NCBI GenBank assembly: GCA_965240325.2
Contig: OZ251250.1
Coordinates: 744,001-808,000, forward strand
Source of the DNA: Rebecca billardiae RCC1528
Lineage: Eukaryota; Protista; Haptophyta
DNA length: 64,000 bases
Direction of reading: 5' to 3'
A program made the translations under genes and the position numbers. Shown here piece by piece: positions 11,901 to 24,169 of the stretch (position 1 is its first letter; every line of letters starts with the position of its first letter). The notes beneath the pieces are model-generated. The model made no database searches, was not told where the DNA came from, and saw nothing but the letters and a program-made list of their open reading frames with translations.

Positions 11901-14429
11901 GGCTTGGCGGCGGCGGGCTCGGCGGCGGCGTTGGCGGCGGGCTCGGTGGCGGTGGCGGCGGCCGCGATGGCGACGGCGACGGCAGCGGGCTCGGCGGCGG
12001 CGGGCTCGGCGGCGGCGATGGCGGCAGCGGGCTCGAGAGCGGCGGGCTCGGCGGCGGCGGGCTTGGCGGCGGCGACGGCGACAGCGCGCTCGGCGGCGGC
12101 AGGCTCGGCGGCGGCGACGGGCTCGGCGGCAGCGGCGCGCACCCACTCATCTCCAGCGTGTACGCCCCCTCGGACGAGCCGAACCCCTCGATCATCACCA
12201 CGTACTCACTTGAGTACGGCACGTCAATATCGATCCGCGACGTCAGCCCACAGCTGCTGTCGTCGTCCGACTGCAGCTGCACGCCGCCGTCCTCGGGGCA
12301 GGCGGTGTACACGCGCAGGTACGTGTCGTACGACGAGCCGCACGTGTCCAGGGCGAGCGAGCCGTGGCCGCCGATGCGGTAGAAGTGCTCGCCCGACGAC
12401 GGGTTGCCGTACTCGCGCGGCGCGCCCACCGTCGAGCCCGCCACCGGCGCACCGCACTGCACGACGCCCACAGCGCACGTGGGGCTGGGCGGCGGGCTGG
12501 GCGGCAAGGGCGGGGCGGGCGGGCTCGGCGGCGCGGCGGGCGGGCTCGGCGGGCTCGGCGGCGGCGTGGGCGGGCTCGGCGGCGGCGCCGGACTCGGCGG
12601 CTCGCAGCCGGACATGCTGAGCTCATAAGTGCCCTCCTGCGTGGAGAAGCCTTCGACCATCACCACATACGTGCTGCCCTCCGGGATTTGCAGAGTGATG
12701 GAGGAGGTGAGCTCGCAGCCGCCGTCGTCGTCGGCGGCGAGCTCGGCGCCGCCGCTCTCGGGGCACGCCGTCCACACGCGCAGGAACGTGTCGTAGTCCG
12801 TCGCGCCGCCGCACGTGGTGAGCGTCACCGCGGCGCCGTGGCCGCCGATCGTCAGGTAGTGCTCGCCAGAGCCGTTCCCCTCGACGTCCGGCGCGCCAAC
12901 CGTCGAGCCGATGACGGGCGTGCCGCACTCGATGCGGCCGCGGATGCACGCAGGGCTAGGCGGCGGGCTGGGCGGCGCGGGCGGGCTGGGCGGCGGCGGC
13001 GGCGACGAGGGCGGGCTCGGCGGCGACGAGGGCGGGGGCGGCTGGCTCGGCGGCGGCGGCGACGCCGGCGGGCCCGGCGGCGGGCTCGGCGGCCGCTTCA
13101 CGTACGCCTGTAGCAGCAGCGGCTGCTCAGGCGCCTGTACACCGGTGATCACGCCAGATCTCGCGTCGTCGAGCAGCGCCTGGAGCACCGCCGCGGGCGA
13201 GGCCTGCCCCGGGCCGAGCGCGCTCAGGTGCTGCGCCACCACGCCGGTCACGTGCGGGCAAGCCATCGAGGTGCCTGAGATGGTGTTGGTCGCGTCGGCG
13301 CCGCCCGTCCACGCGGAGAGGATGGAGGAGCCGGGCGCGTAGATGTCCACGCACGAGCCGTAATTGGAGAAGCCCGAGCGCGCGTCGCTCGACGTCGTCG
13401 AGCCGACGGTGATCGCGCTCGGCGCGGCCGCCGGGCTGTAGTTGCACGCGTCGTCGTCGTCGTTGCCCGCGGCGACGACCGTCGGCACGCCTGCGGCCAC
13501 TAGCGCTTCGACGGCCGTGTTGACGGTGCTGGAGAAGCCCCCGCCGAGCGACATCGACGCCACCTTGAGCGCCTCGGGGCGCGCCGCGACCCACTCCATC
13601 CCCGCGATCACGCCGGCGAAGGTGCCGGAGCCGCCGCAGTCCAGCACGCGCACGCCGTGCAGCGTCGCCCCCTTCGAGACGCCGTACAGAGTGCCGAGCG
13701 CGGTGCCGGCGCAGTGCGTGCCGTGGCCTGCGGGGCGCGCGCGCGCGGGGGGCGTGAGGGCGCGTGCGCGCGCGCGGAGGTCGGGCCGGCAGCGCCGCGG
13801 GCCGGGCCGGGGCCGCGCTCGCCCTCGGCTGGCCTCGGCCGCGCCGCTCGGTGCGCGATGCTGGGTGTGCGCGGCTGGGTGCGCGCCGCACCCTGGCAGT
13901 CCTCCGGGTTGGCGTCGTTGTCGACAAAGTCGAAGCCGGCGCCGACGCGCCCGCTCCACTCGTTGTGCGCGCTGTTGATCCCCGTGTCGATGATGTACAC
14001 GTGCGCGCCCGTGCCGTCGTTACTCGCGTCGAAGGAGCCGTCGAGCGGCAGGTCGGGCTGGTCGATCCGGTCGAGGCCCCACGGGAGCGTCTGCAGCGCG
14101 TGCACCGGCTGGTCCTCCTCGACGGTCGCGCCCGCCGCCTCGAGCTGCGCCTTGGCCTCGGCGGTGAGCTCACCCACGAACCCGTCGAGCACGCGGCTGA
14201 ACTCGCGCTGCACGCGCGCGCCGCCCGCAGGCAGGCTGTCGAGCGCGGCCCGCGCACGCGACGTGCCGACGCCGCGGCCGCGCGACGGCTTGCCAAAGGA
14301 GACGATGTACCGTGCGGGCAGGGTGGCGTTGGCGTCGCTGGTGTCCTTGCCCGACGCGCCGCATGTCGCGAGCAGGAGCAGCGCCGCCGCGAGGGCAGGG
14401 GTTCTTCGGGATACTTCACGCGCCAGCAT
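8941..14429 (-). CDS. Subtilisin (S8A, proteinase K/aqualysin-like): signal peptide, I9 propeptide, protease, two PPC-like beta-sandwich repeats, Ser-Pro extensin-like stalk, SEA-like domain, TM helix, cytoplasmic tail; exons 14429-13892, 13727-8941
   Basis: Catalytic triad motifs VYIIDTGI, DCQG|HGTHCAG (joined across a GT-AG intron) and ISGTSMACPHV. PWGLDRIDQ marks the mature N-terminus. Propeptide YIVSF...VLDGFVGEL...VEEDQPV. TM helix GWLGAIAGGVAAVCCLGGALAW followed by RWRR. Confidence 0.93.
10285..12132 (-). repeat. ~1.85 kb coding tandem repeat (GGC-rich on +) encoding (SPPP/SPPPP/SSPPP/SPLPP)n
   Basis: Continuous ggcggcggcgggctc / ggcggcgatggc / ggcggcgagctg units; about 600 aa almost entirely Ser and Pro. 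Confidence 0.95.
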
Positions 14430-14802
14430 GCCGCGTCGCGCGCGAAGATATGCCCACCTTGCCAGACTTTTCCTTCGTCGGTCGCCTTCCCTTACGGCCG
14501 CCAACTGGGTAAGCTGGTGGGCCAGTTCGTAGGCACGAAAATAGCACATACACACGAGACCGAGCAGCCTTGCCCACGAAAGTCGTTGGATCACTCCTCC
14601 CAACCACGGTTGCGTACTCATTATTTTGTGCTCGGGGCGCACCCGAACTTGAATAGTCGACATCAATGGCGGACGCGGCCGACATCGACAAGATGCAACG
14701 CTTGCACCATTTGCGTAATTTGGACGCTTCTCGATCCCCTCGGATGGAACTTACCTCTCGGCTGTCACTAATAAAATAACAGATTTAAACCCCCCATACT
14801 GT

Positions 14803-14890
14803 CGGCGACGGCTTCATGGGCGGTGACAGTTGGCGGGCGTCAATCTCGCCTGCCTGAGCTGTGTGCGTCTCTTATTCTTAGTAAACTGTA
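14803..14890 (-). repeat. Dispersed ~90-bp element, copy A
   Basis: cgacggcttcatgggcggtgacagttggcgggcgtcaatctcgcctgcctgagctgtgtgcgtctcttattcttagtaaactgta; homologous to 34681-34772 (reverse complement) and 44476-44582. Confidence 0.9.
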
Positions 14891-16096
14891 GTCTCGACTC
14901 TCGATCGCTCGAATTCGAATCTCCAGAAGCCTTCGGCTTTCGCGCTGCGCGCCGTCCGCACCGCCTGGCGGCGGCGGCGGGCGGCCCGGCCAACTATGAG
15001 TTCTTGAGCTGGATCTGGACGAGCGAGCTCGTCTGCCCAAGCCTCGCATGATCGGTTCGACGCCAGTCCGAGTCAAATCCGTCGCGGCCATGAGGGTCAT
15101 TCATATGCGCTCTACTTGCCTGCGGATCACTGACCCGATGCCACTGTTGCCAGTGTTGCGCGCGGCGAGGCCGAGCCTAGTACGGTACCCGCTCGTCGCT
15201 GGCGGCCCGCCTTCGGGCCGAATGCTCGCGCGATCCAGATTGAAGGCAGCCGCGCGGTATGGCTCCCCCTGAGGACAGCACCGCATCCGAAGCGTCCCTT
15301 AGTGCACCTCAGGCAATCGCCGTGTGCCGAGTGACCCGGCCCACGGCAATCGGACGGCATACTCAGGCGTTCTAAAAATCAGCTGGCATAAGTAACTGGC
15401 TTGTCGTGCATGGCCATGCATGCAAAGGCCTCGTCGGGCCGCCTGCACCAATCTCATCGGTTGGCACTCTCCGTGGTAACGTCGTAACTGACTGTCATGT
15501 CCGCAATCGGCGTGTTCCCGTGACGCCGCTCGTTCCAGGAGTTTAGTCCGCCAGTGAGGTGCCACTCAGACCGTACTTGCGGGCTGACACTCACTGAGTG
15601 GTAGTCGCAGAGCGGTCAGCTGAGGATCACGCTCTTTACCGTAGTTGAGTAGTTCTAGCTCTGCATGTGTCTCTCAGCTTGTAGTCAGGGGTGCCTGTAC
15701 TCTCCGATATTGATCGGCACTCAGTCGCGGCAGTTAGATCAGACTCAGATCCGCGGCCTGAGGCGGCCAGCGGCTTGCGGCAGCAGCCAATGATAGCCGC
15801 AGCTAGTGGACCGCCTACGGCCTGCGCCGCGGCGGCACGCGGTGGCGCGGGATAGGTCCGCTCCGCATCTTGCTGCCCGCTGTCCGCTGCCGTGCTGCAC
15901 TCCTGCATGAATTCTTCGCGCGGAGCCGGAAATCTGCGGCTTTTGAACCGAGTCGCCGGACGGCGGTCACCTCGTCAGCCAATCAGCGCGCGCGCCGCGC
16001 GGTCCCTTTAGCGTCTCAGACCGCGTGCGCGGCCGCGTGATCGGTGATCGCGTCCACCCGCCCTCGGCCGACCAAAGGAATAGACCGACCGATCGG

Positions 16097-17550
16097 ATGG
16101 GACCGCTCGCCGTCGCTCGCCGGCTGCGCGCTGCGCGGCCGTGCGGCGCGCTGCTCTCGCGCGCGCTGAGCAGCGTGGCTGCGGCGCACACCGAGCCCAC
16201 CATCGTGTACACGCTCACCGACGAGGCGCCCGCGCTCGCCACGTACGCGCTGCTGCCGATCGTGAACCGCTTCACCGGGCCGGCCGGGATCGGCGTGACG
16301 GCGTCCGACATCTCGGTGGCGTCGCGGATCCTCGCGCAGTTCCCCGAGCGGCTCACGCCGGAGCAGCGCGTGCCGGACAACCTCGCCGAGCTCGGCGAGC
16401 TCTCCAAGCACCCGCACGCCAACATCATCAAGCTGCCCAACGTGTCGGCGTCGGTGCCGCAGCTGAATGAGGCGATCTCCGAGCTGCGCGCGAAGGGGTA
16501 CGACGTTCCGCTGTACCCGGCGGACCCGCAGACGGACGAGGAGCTCGAGATCCGCGCCAAGTACGCCAAGGTGATCGGCTCCGCCGTCAACCCCGTCCTC
16601 CGCGAGGGCAACTCCGACCGGCGCGTCGCGCGGCCGGTGAAGGAGTACGCCAAGGCCAACCCGTCCAAGATGGCGCCGTGGCGGCCGGACTCGCTGGCGC
16701 ACGTGGCGCACATGAGCGAGGGCGACTTCTACGGGTCGGAGCAGTCGGCCACCGTCGGCGACGAGCCGTGCATCGTCGACATCGTCCTCACCGAGGCGGA
16801 CGGGTACGAGAATGTTCTCAAAGACTCGGTGCTGCTCGCGCCCGGCGAGGTGATCGACGCGGCGACGATGAGCCTTGAGGCACTCGGCGAGTTCTTCGAG
16901 CGGGAGATTGAGGACGCGCGGGCGCAGGGGACGCTGCTCTCGCTCCACCTCAAGGCCACCATGATGAAGGTCTCCGACCCGATCATCTTCGGCCAGGCCG
17001 TGCGCGCCTTCTTCAAGCCCGTCTTTGAGCGCCACGCGAACGCTCTCGAGAAGGCGGGTGCCAACCCCAACCTGGGCTGGGGGGACGTGCTCGCGAAGAT
17101 CGGCGCGCTGCCCGAGGCGGAGCAGGCGGCGATCCGGGCGGACATCGACGCGTGCTTCGCCGCGCGCCCGCCCCTCGCGATGGTCGACTCGGACCGCGGC
17201 ATCACCAACCTGCACGTGCCGTCTGACGTGATCGTGGACGCGTCGATGCCCAACGTCGTGCGCGACGCCGGCTGCATGTGGAACCCGAAGGGCGAGCTGC
17301 AGGAGACGAAGTGCCTGATCCCCGACCGGAGCTACGCCACGATGTACTCCGAGGTGCGCCGCGCCCGGCGCGCGCGGCCGGGGCGCGTGCGCTCGCGCGC
17401 GCTCGCGCGCGCGCGCCGCGCCGCGCCGCTCCGCGCTCACAGCGCGGCGCGTGCGCGTTGCGCGACCTCGCGCGCTCGCAGGCGATCTCGTTCTGCAAGG
17501 AGCACGGGCAGTTCGACCCGAAGATCATGGGCAACGTCGCGAACGTCGGG

Positions 17551-17594
<44 letters not shown>

Positions 17595-19717
17595 GTTCCA
17601 GATGCCCGCGGACGGCGTCGTGCGCGTGATCCGACGGCCGCCGGCGCCCGCGGCCGTCAAGGGCGGGCTCGTGCGGAGGCCGAGCGCCGGCGGCGAGGAG
17701 GAGGTGGTGTACACGCCGGGCGAGGGCTCGGCGGCGCACGGCGAGGTGATCTTCGAGCACGTCGTCAAGAAGGGCGACATCTGGCGCATGTGCCAGACCA
17801 AGGTGAGCGCCGCGCGGCCGCGCGGGTGGCGCGCCGCCTCGATCGCTCGCCGGCACGCGCGCGCCGCGCCGCCGCCGACGCTGTGCGTCCGAGTCCGAGC
17901 CCTCACGCGCCCCGCCTCGCCCCCGCCCCCGCACCCGCCCCGCGTGCGCCCAGGACGAGCCCATCCGCGACTGGGTGCGCCTGGCGGTCGACCGCGCGCG
18001 CTCGACCATGGACCCGGTCATCTTCTGGCTTGGTGCGCGGCGCGGCGCGGCGCGGCGCGGCGCGGCGCGGGCGCGCGGCCAGCGCGGCGCGGCGCGGCGC
18101 GGCGCGGGCGCGCGGCCAGCGCGGCGCGGCGCGCACGGCTGGCTGGCTGTCCGCGCGCGCCGCGCTCGGGCTGTGGCGCGCCTCGTGCTGCGGCAGCACA
18201 CGGCCACGCGCGCGCTCGGGGGCTCGCGCGCGCTGTGCACACGCGCGCTGTGCACACGCGCGCGCGCACGCTGCACGCGCGCACGCACGCCATGCACGCG
18301 CGCGCCTCACGGCATCCGGCGCGCCCGCCCCGACCGGTCCGCGCGCGCCGCCGCCCGGCAGACCCGAAGCGCGCGCACGACGCCCAGCTGATTCGCAAGG
18401 TGAACACGTACCTGCAGGAGCACGAGCTGAGCGGCCTCGACATCTCGGTGAAGGAGCCGGTGGTGGCGATGCGACACACCCTCGGCCGCGCGCGCGTCGG
18501 GCTCGACACCGTCTCCGTCACCGGGAACGTTCTGCGCGACTATCTGACCGACCTCTTCCCGATCCTCGAATTAGGCACGTCGTCGAAGATGCTCTCGATC
18601 GTGCCGCTGCTCGGCGGCGGCGGGCTCTTCGAGACGGGCGCGGGCGGCTCCGCGCCCAAGCACGTCCAGCAGTTTGTGCGCGAGGGGCACCTGCGGTGGG
18701 ACTCGCTCGGCGAGTACCTGGCCATGGCGGTCTCCCTGGAGGACTTCGGGGCCAAGAATCAGAACGCGCGCGCGACGCTGCTCGGGCAGACGCTGAGCGC
18801 GGCGACCGCGCGGCTGCTCGACCACAGGCGCGCGCCGAGCCGGAAGGTGCGGCGCGGACGGCGCCGCCCGCCACGCGCACGCCCGCCGGGGCGCCGGGCC
18901 CCGGGGGAAGGCGATACGGCGCGTGTTGTCGTCGTGGTCGCCCCGGGCGGGTGCGGCGGCGCCCAACGGCTGCGCCGCGCGCACCGCAGCCCGGGCTGAT
19001 GAGCCCAAGCGCGCGCGCGCGCCGCGCCGCCGCGCGCGCCGCCGCAGGTGGGCGAGATCGACAACCGCGGCGAGTCGTTCTACATCGCGCTCTACTGGGC
19101 GGAGGCCCTCTCTGAGAAGGACCACAGCTTCCGCCCGCTCGCGGAGGCCCTCAAGGAGAACCGCACCAAGATTGTGCAGGAGCTCGCGGCCGCGCAGGGT
19201 GCGTGCGTACTGCGAGCGAGGGGCGCGCGGCCGGAGCGCGCGCGTCTCGCGCGCGGTTCCGCCGAGGGGGCGGTGGGCGTGGGGAGCGGGCGTGCGCGCT
19301 GCTGCGCCAAGGCCGCACGCAGCGCGTGCGCGCGGGGCGGCTAAGTGGGCGAGGCCGCTCAGGGAGCGGGGTGGCGCGCGACACACGGACGGCGCCGCAG
19401 CGGCGCGCTCGCGCCGTGTCGGCTCATCGCCGCCTCGCCCTCTCTCGCACCCTCCCACCCACCCGGCCTCGCTTGGACGCGCGCCCGCACACGCGGTGCT
19501 CTGTGCCCGTGCCGTCGCGCGCCGTGGCTGCCGCCTCTGCCGCCGCGCGCGCACACGCACAGGCTCCCCCGTGGACATCGGCGGTTACTACTTGCCCGAC
19601 CCGACCAAGTGCGCGGTCGCGATGCGCCCGTCCGCCACCTTCAACAAGATCATTGACGAGGGGCGCGACGTGGGTACGTGCGGCGTGGCGCCGCTGCCGT
19701 TCGAGGAGCACCTCTAA
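16097..19717 (+). CDS. icd: Monomeric NADP-dependent isocitrate dehydrogenase with mitochondrial-type presequence; exons 16097-17353, 17482-17802, 17954-18032, 18362-18846, 19048-19198, 19563-19717
   Basis: Monomeric IDH motifs [147 protein letters not shown]. Five GT-AG introns give a continuous frame. Leader [14 protein letters not shown]...RALSS. Confidence 0.96.
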
Positions 19718-19755
19718 CCCTGTCCTCTGACCCTGTCCTCTGACCTGTCCTCTGA
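19718..19755 (+). repeat. Three tandem copies of a ~13-bp unit (cctgtcctctga) directly after the IDH stop
   Basis: ccctgtcctctga-ccctgtcctctga-cctgtcctctga. Confidence 0.8.
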
Positions 19756-22505
19756 GTCACACTCGTCAGAGCCGGAGCCGAGCGCCTGCTCGGCCGTGGC
19801 CCGTGTGCGCTCAGAGGTTTAGCTCGGCGCGGGCGCGGGGTGCCGTGGGCGACTGAGCGGAAGCGGGTGGCTGGCTCGCTAAGCCACCGGCCGTGATGGC
19901 TGTCCGAACAGCTTGATGCTGCTACTCCGAGGCGGCGCGTCCCGGGCCCGGCCTCCCCCGGGCCCGGGCGGGATCCGGTCGTTGGGCCCCCGCGTGGCAA
20001 CGCCGGCGCTCGCAGATCGGGAGGCCGAGCCCGAGCCAGGCGACGGACCGGGGAGATGCAGTCAATACTCAATGTCATGCAGCTGTCCATCCGTACTACC
20101 GTAGCACTGAGTCAGTGACTGAGTCGGTCACGCCGTCGACGCGGTTGGCGGGTTCACTCAGTAGGTGGGTCCCTGGCGATTTTCCAGCGTTCTTTTAAAC
20201 ATTTACCGGGTTTTCTCGCCGGATTTCTTTTCGCGCGGGGCGCGGCTCGGGAAAATCGCCGGGCCGCCGGCCGAGGTCCGATCTGAACGCTCCCGACGAT
20301 GTCGGAGCGCCTTCTCCAGCGCGACCGAGCCGCCGTGTGTCGGGTAGACCACAGCCAACACCTATCGCGCGCTCGAGCGCTTTGCGCGTGCTCACGGATG
20401 GGATCCGTGGTCACACATCCCCCGCCTGGCACGTGCCCGCATGTTTGACTCTCGCCCGGCTAGACGCGTACAGACAACTTGAATCGATCGGCGGGTGTTC
20501 GACCCGTGCCTTCGAGCAGGGTCAGTTTTTGCCACATGCGGGTCAGGCGACGGGAGGCATGGGCCAGTGTCGTGCACGGGCATGCTCTTGACGCTCCTGC
20601 CATCTTGAGCAGCTCAACGCACCGTGAAGGTGACATTTGGGCTGCGCGCAAGCTGCTCGTGAGAACGCACAACACTGCCAGCCCCGGGCTCTCGGGGAGT
20701 CATGTAAGCGATTGGCGACTTCCGAGAGGGCGTGTTTGGTGGGGGTTGGTACCAATCATCGACCAGCAGGCCTAGGATGGGTGCACTGAGGGCTTGGGAT
20801 GCTGAGAAGCCGCCGACTTGCCATCCGTGTGCACGATCCAGCGCCAGGAAGATCAGCAGGGCCTTTGACAGCGGCAGCAGGCGCTCAGCCATCCTTCCCT
20901 ATGCCGAGTGTGGGCATAGCCTGCGGTGCTCGAGGGTGGTCGCAGGATATGGGTCCATTCTTGACAGAACGCGGTCGCGTTGACAGGCGCGGGTGCCACC
21001 CCACGCTGTTGCTCCTGCCATCGGGTGGTCCCACTCGTTCCGCTTGTGGTCTGCGAAGACTCGTACTCAGCAACTCTACGGCTAGGCGTAGTAGCCCCCC
21101 AGACGCATGTCTGATGATTGCCCGGCACGTCCTCGTCGTCACGTTGGGTGTACTTGAGCGAGCGGAAGCCACAACGTGATGGCTAGGCCAGCAGCTCAAC
21201 CATCTGACGTCTCGCCGGCCAACTGGCTGAGTGCTCTCAGCCTAGCAGCAGCGTCGGTGAACCTATCGTATTGCTGCCTGGCGAGAAGATGGTAGGAGGC
21301 ATCGTCGGCGGCATGGGCTGCAGCTGCGGTAGTCGTGGACTGGTGGCGGCCTCACGCGGGTGGGCATACGACGACCGGTGACACGCGGAGTACGAGCACG
21401 GAAGCCGCTGAACGCGGCAAGCTCCGGCGGTGGCGTTGGCTGAGAGTCCAGCCTCGACGGCGGAGGGCTCCCGTGTGACGACGGTGGCATGCTCGGTGGC
21501 GGGCGATGGTGTGTGCCTCGGCACGCAGCCCGCCACAAACACTGCCACTCGCAGGCAGTCCGCCGGTTGCGGCCCGGGTTGCCTGTGTCCGCGTCGCTCC
21601 GGGCGCCTATTCGATGACCCAACAAACGTACCCACTTATCGGAACGAATTTGAATATATAGTGAACCGCATCCACGGCCAATATAAAGTGGGTAACACTC
21701 GTACTATATACGGGTAAGTGGCTATATATAAAGTGGGTAATATGCTCGATCTTGCTGTAGTTTGTTGGAGGTATCAGCGCACAGCATAGAGCCCCACTCT
21801 TTGCTTCATAAAATGGTTCGGTCGGGTGTCAACGGTTGCCAATAAGTCATTCCGATCGCATGTCGCCATCTAGCCACCATAACCATGAAGTAACGCTTAG
21901 CAAAATCTCTATGTGACACTACTGGCGCGGCGCGCGCGCGCTCGGCCGCGCGACGGCACGTCGGCACGCGGAGTAGGTTTTGAGGTCGAAACTTTTGCTC
22001 CGCCCCGATGGGACGCATTTATAGCGTCGATTCTGGGTGAGAGACAAAATCTAGGACGTCATTCTGAGTGCGCCAGAATATCGCCCCAGTTGGGAGGGAC
22101 CCACCTACGGGTTGTGTAGTACAGCTTCGAGTTCGAAGTTCGATCCGCTCCCTCTGCCTCTGGCGTTAGACGTCAGCGCAGCCGCGGCCACATGACTCAC
22201 TCACATGATGATGCCATATGTGTCCACAGACTGTTAAGGAACGACGTCTTAGCAGCCTGTCTGCACGAAAGACGTACAGGTACAGTCTTCGGATCCAGAC
22301 CCGCACAGCCGAGCAGTCAATTCAATAATCATTGAGTGAATCATCGTTGATCGATAGGCAGAGACTCAGAGTCATTGTCATCAGAGAAACTTCATTCAGG
22401 GCGACTTTTTGGCTTTTCGGCCGTACGCGACCAAAAACAATAATTGCACGCCTCGGCGCGCCGCGGTGGGCACGCGGCCCGAGCGCGGCGCCGACCCGCT
22501 TGCTG

Positions 22506-23912
22506 ATGCCGCGCCCGACGAAGCGCCGCCGCGCGCGCGAGGGCCCGTCCGACTCGTCCTCCTCGCCCGCCTCCTCCTCGGACGACGAGGCGGAGGGCTC
22601 CTCCTCCGCCTCCTCCTCCGACGAGGCCGAGCCCCTCGAGCTCGACCTCGACGAGGATGGCCGCCCGGTCGGCGTGACGGGCGTGGGCGCGGGCGGCGCG
22701 TTCAGCTTCCGCGCGTACGACGCGTTCCTGGCGTTGGACGCGGAGCAGCTCGCGGCGGCGCGGCGCGCGTGCGCGCAGGCCTTCTCCGCGCGCGAGGCGC
22801 GGCGCGGCGCGTACTCGAAGGGCGCCACCTTCTGGCTGCCAGCCACGCGCATGCGGCAGCCGGGGGCGGGCGCGGGCGCGGGCGCCGCCGGCGCCGAGCC
22901 GCCCGCCGAGCTCTCGCCGCTCGAGCGGCTGGCGCGCCACGTGTTCGAATTCCACACGCGCGGCCTCGGCTTCGACGCGCGCTGCTCCGGCGCCGAGTGG
23001 TGGACGATGGTGATCGGCGCCTCGCGCGACGCGGTCGGGCTGCACTGGGATCGAGATTACAATCTCGAGGCCGACCACGGCGTGAACGTGCACCCGGCGT
23101 TCGCGACGGTGACGTACCTGAGCGACGTGGGGCACCCGACGGTGATCCTCGAGAACGCCGCGCCCGTGCTCGCCACCGACCCGCCGCCCGCCGGCGCGCG
23201 CGCGGTGCACGTCGCGTGGCCGCGCGCTGGCAAGCACGTTTCCTTTGACGGCCGCTGGCTGCACGGCGTCCCGGGCGGCGTGCCCGCCGCGCGGCCGGGC
23301 TCGGAGGAGGAGCTGCGCGTGACGTTCCTGGTGAACGTGTGGCTCAACCACGTGCCCGCCTCCGCGGTCGAGCCGCCGCGCCGCGCGCTGCGCGGCGGCG
23401 CCACGCCGCGGCCGCGCGCGCTGCGCTTTCACGGCGGCGGCGTCGGCGCGGCGCGGCGCGCGCGCTGGGTGCGGCGCGTCGCGCGTCGGCCGCTGCCGCC
23501 GCCGCCGCCGCTGCTGCTCGTGCTCGACACGCACGCCGACACCGAGCGGCGGCGCAACTCGGTGGACGAGGTGCGCTGTGCCCCGTCCGCCGACGCGCTG
23601 TACGCGTACCAGTCCGACGACGCCAACGATGAGCCGACCGCCGCGCCGCGCGCGTCCGAGCTCACGGCACGCGACTGGCGTGTGTACACCGACCAGGGTG
23701 TGACGGCCGAGGGCGCGCAGCTGCGCGCGCGCGTGCGGCTGCCGCTCACGCGGCTGCGCGCGCTCGCGACGGACCGCGGCGCGGGCGGCGCTTCGAGCGC
23801 GTCGCTGCTGCTCAGCCCGGGCGACGTGGCGGTGGGGGCCGTGCCGGTCGACCGCCGAGCCCGAGCGTGGGCGCCGCCGGCGGACAAGAAGGCGGCTCGT
23901 GCTGAAGAATGA
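22506..23912 (+). CDS. Uncharacterised 2OG-Fe(II) dioxygenase-like protein, with NLS-like and acidic N-terminus
   Basis: SGAEWW...GLHWDRD (HxD)...ATVTYLSD...KHVSFDGRWLHGV (distal His)...RVTFLVNVW (2OG-binding Arg). N-terminus PRPTKRRRAR followed by a Ser/Asp tract. Confidence 0.72.
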   Translation: MPRPTKRRRAREGPSDSSSSPASSSDDEAEGSSSASSSDEAEPLELDLDEDGRPVGVTGVGAGGAFSFRAYDAFLALDAEQLAAARRACAQAFSAREARRGAYSKGATFWLPATRMRQPGAGAGAGAAGAEPPAELSPLERLARHVFEFHTRGLGFDARCSGAEWWTMVIGASRDAVGLHWDRDYNLEADHGVNVHPAFATVTYLSDVGHPTVILENAAPVLATDPPPAGARAVHVAWPRAGKHVSFDGRWLHGVPGGVPAARPGSEEELRVTFLVNVWLNHVPASAVEPPRRALRGGATPRPRALRFHGGGVGAARRARWVRRVARRPLPPPPPLLLVLDTHADTERRRNSVDEVRCAPSADALYAYQSDDANDEPTAAPRASELTARDWRVYTDQGVTAEGAQLRARVRLPLTRLRALATDRGAGGASSASLLLSPGDVAVGAVPVDRRARAWAPPADKKAARAEE

Positions 23913-24169
23913 CACCGCCGCCGCCGCGCGTCGGGACTATATATATATATACACACACGATAAAAGTATAGTATAACAGCAGATGATTTATATTGCGCTG
24001 GCGGCAAATAATATCGGCATCATCAGCAGCAATAATATAATATATGAGTAGTATATTAAAATTTATATAATAATATATATACTATATATATACGGACTAC
24101 TACTACGGTACATACTCGCTAATCCTGGCTGTAAGTGCAAGTGTAGCAGCAGTAGTCTACGGTGCATCA

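Noticed and set aside
10285-12132. CRISPR-like or satellite array
   Set aside because: No unique spacers; the repeats are in-frame codon repeats in a eukaryotic exon, and no cas genes are present.
8885-12382. 1165-aa Gly-rich ORF on the + strand
   Set aside because: Antisense shadow of the Ser-Pro stalk of the subtilisin gene.
15013-15086. tRNA-like GGTTCGA T-loop motif
   Set aside because: The T-stem pairs poorly, and no matching acceptor stem or D/anticodon arms can be built.
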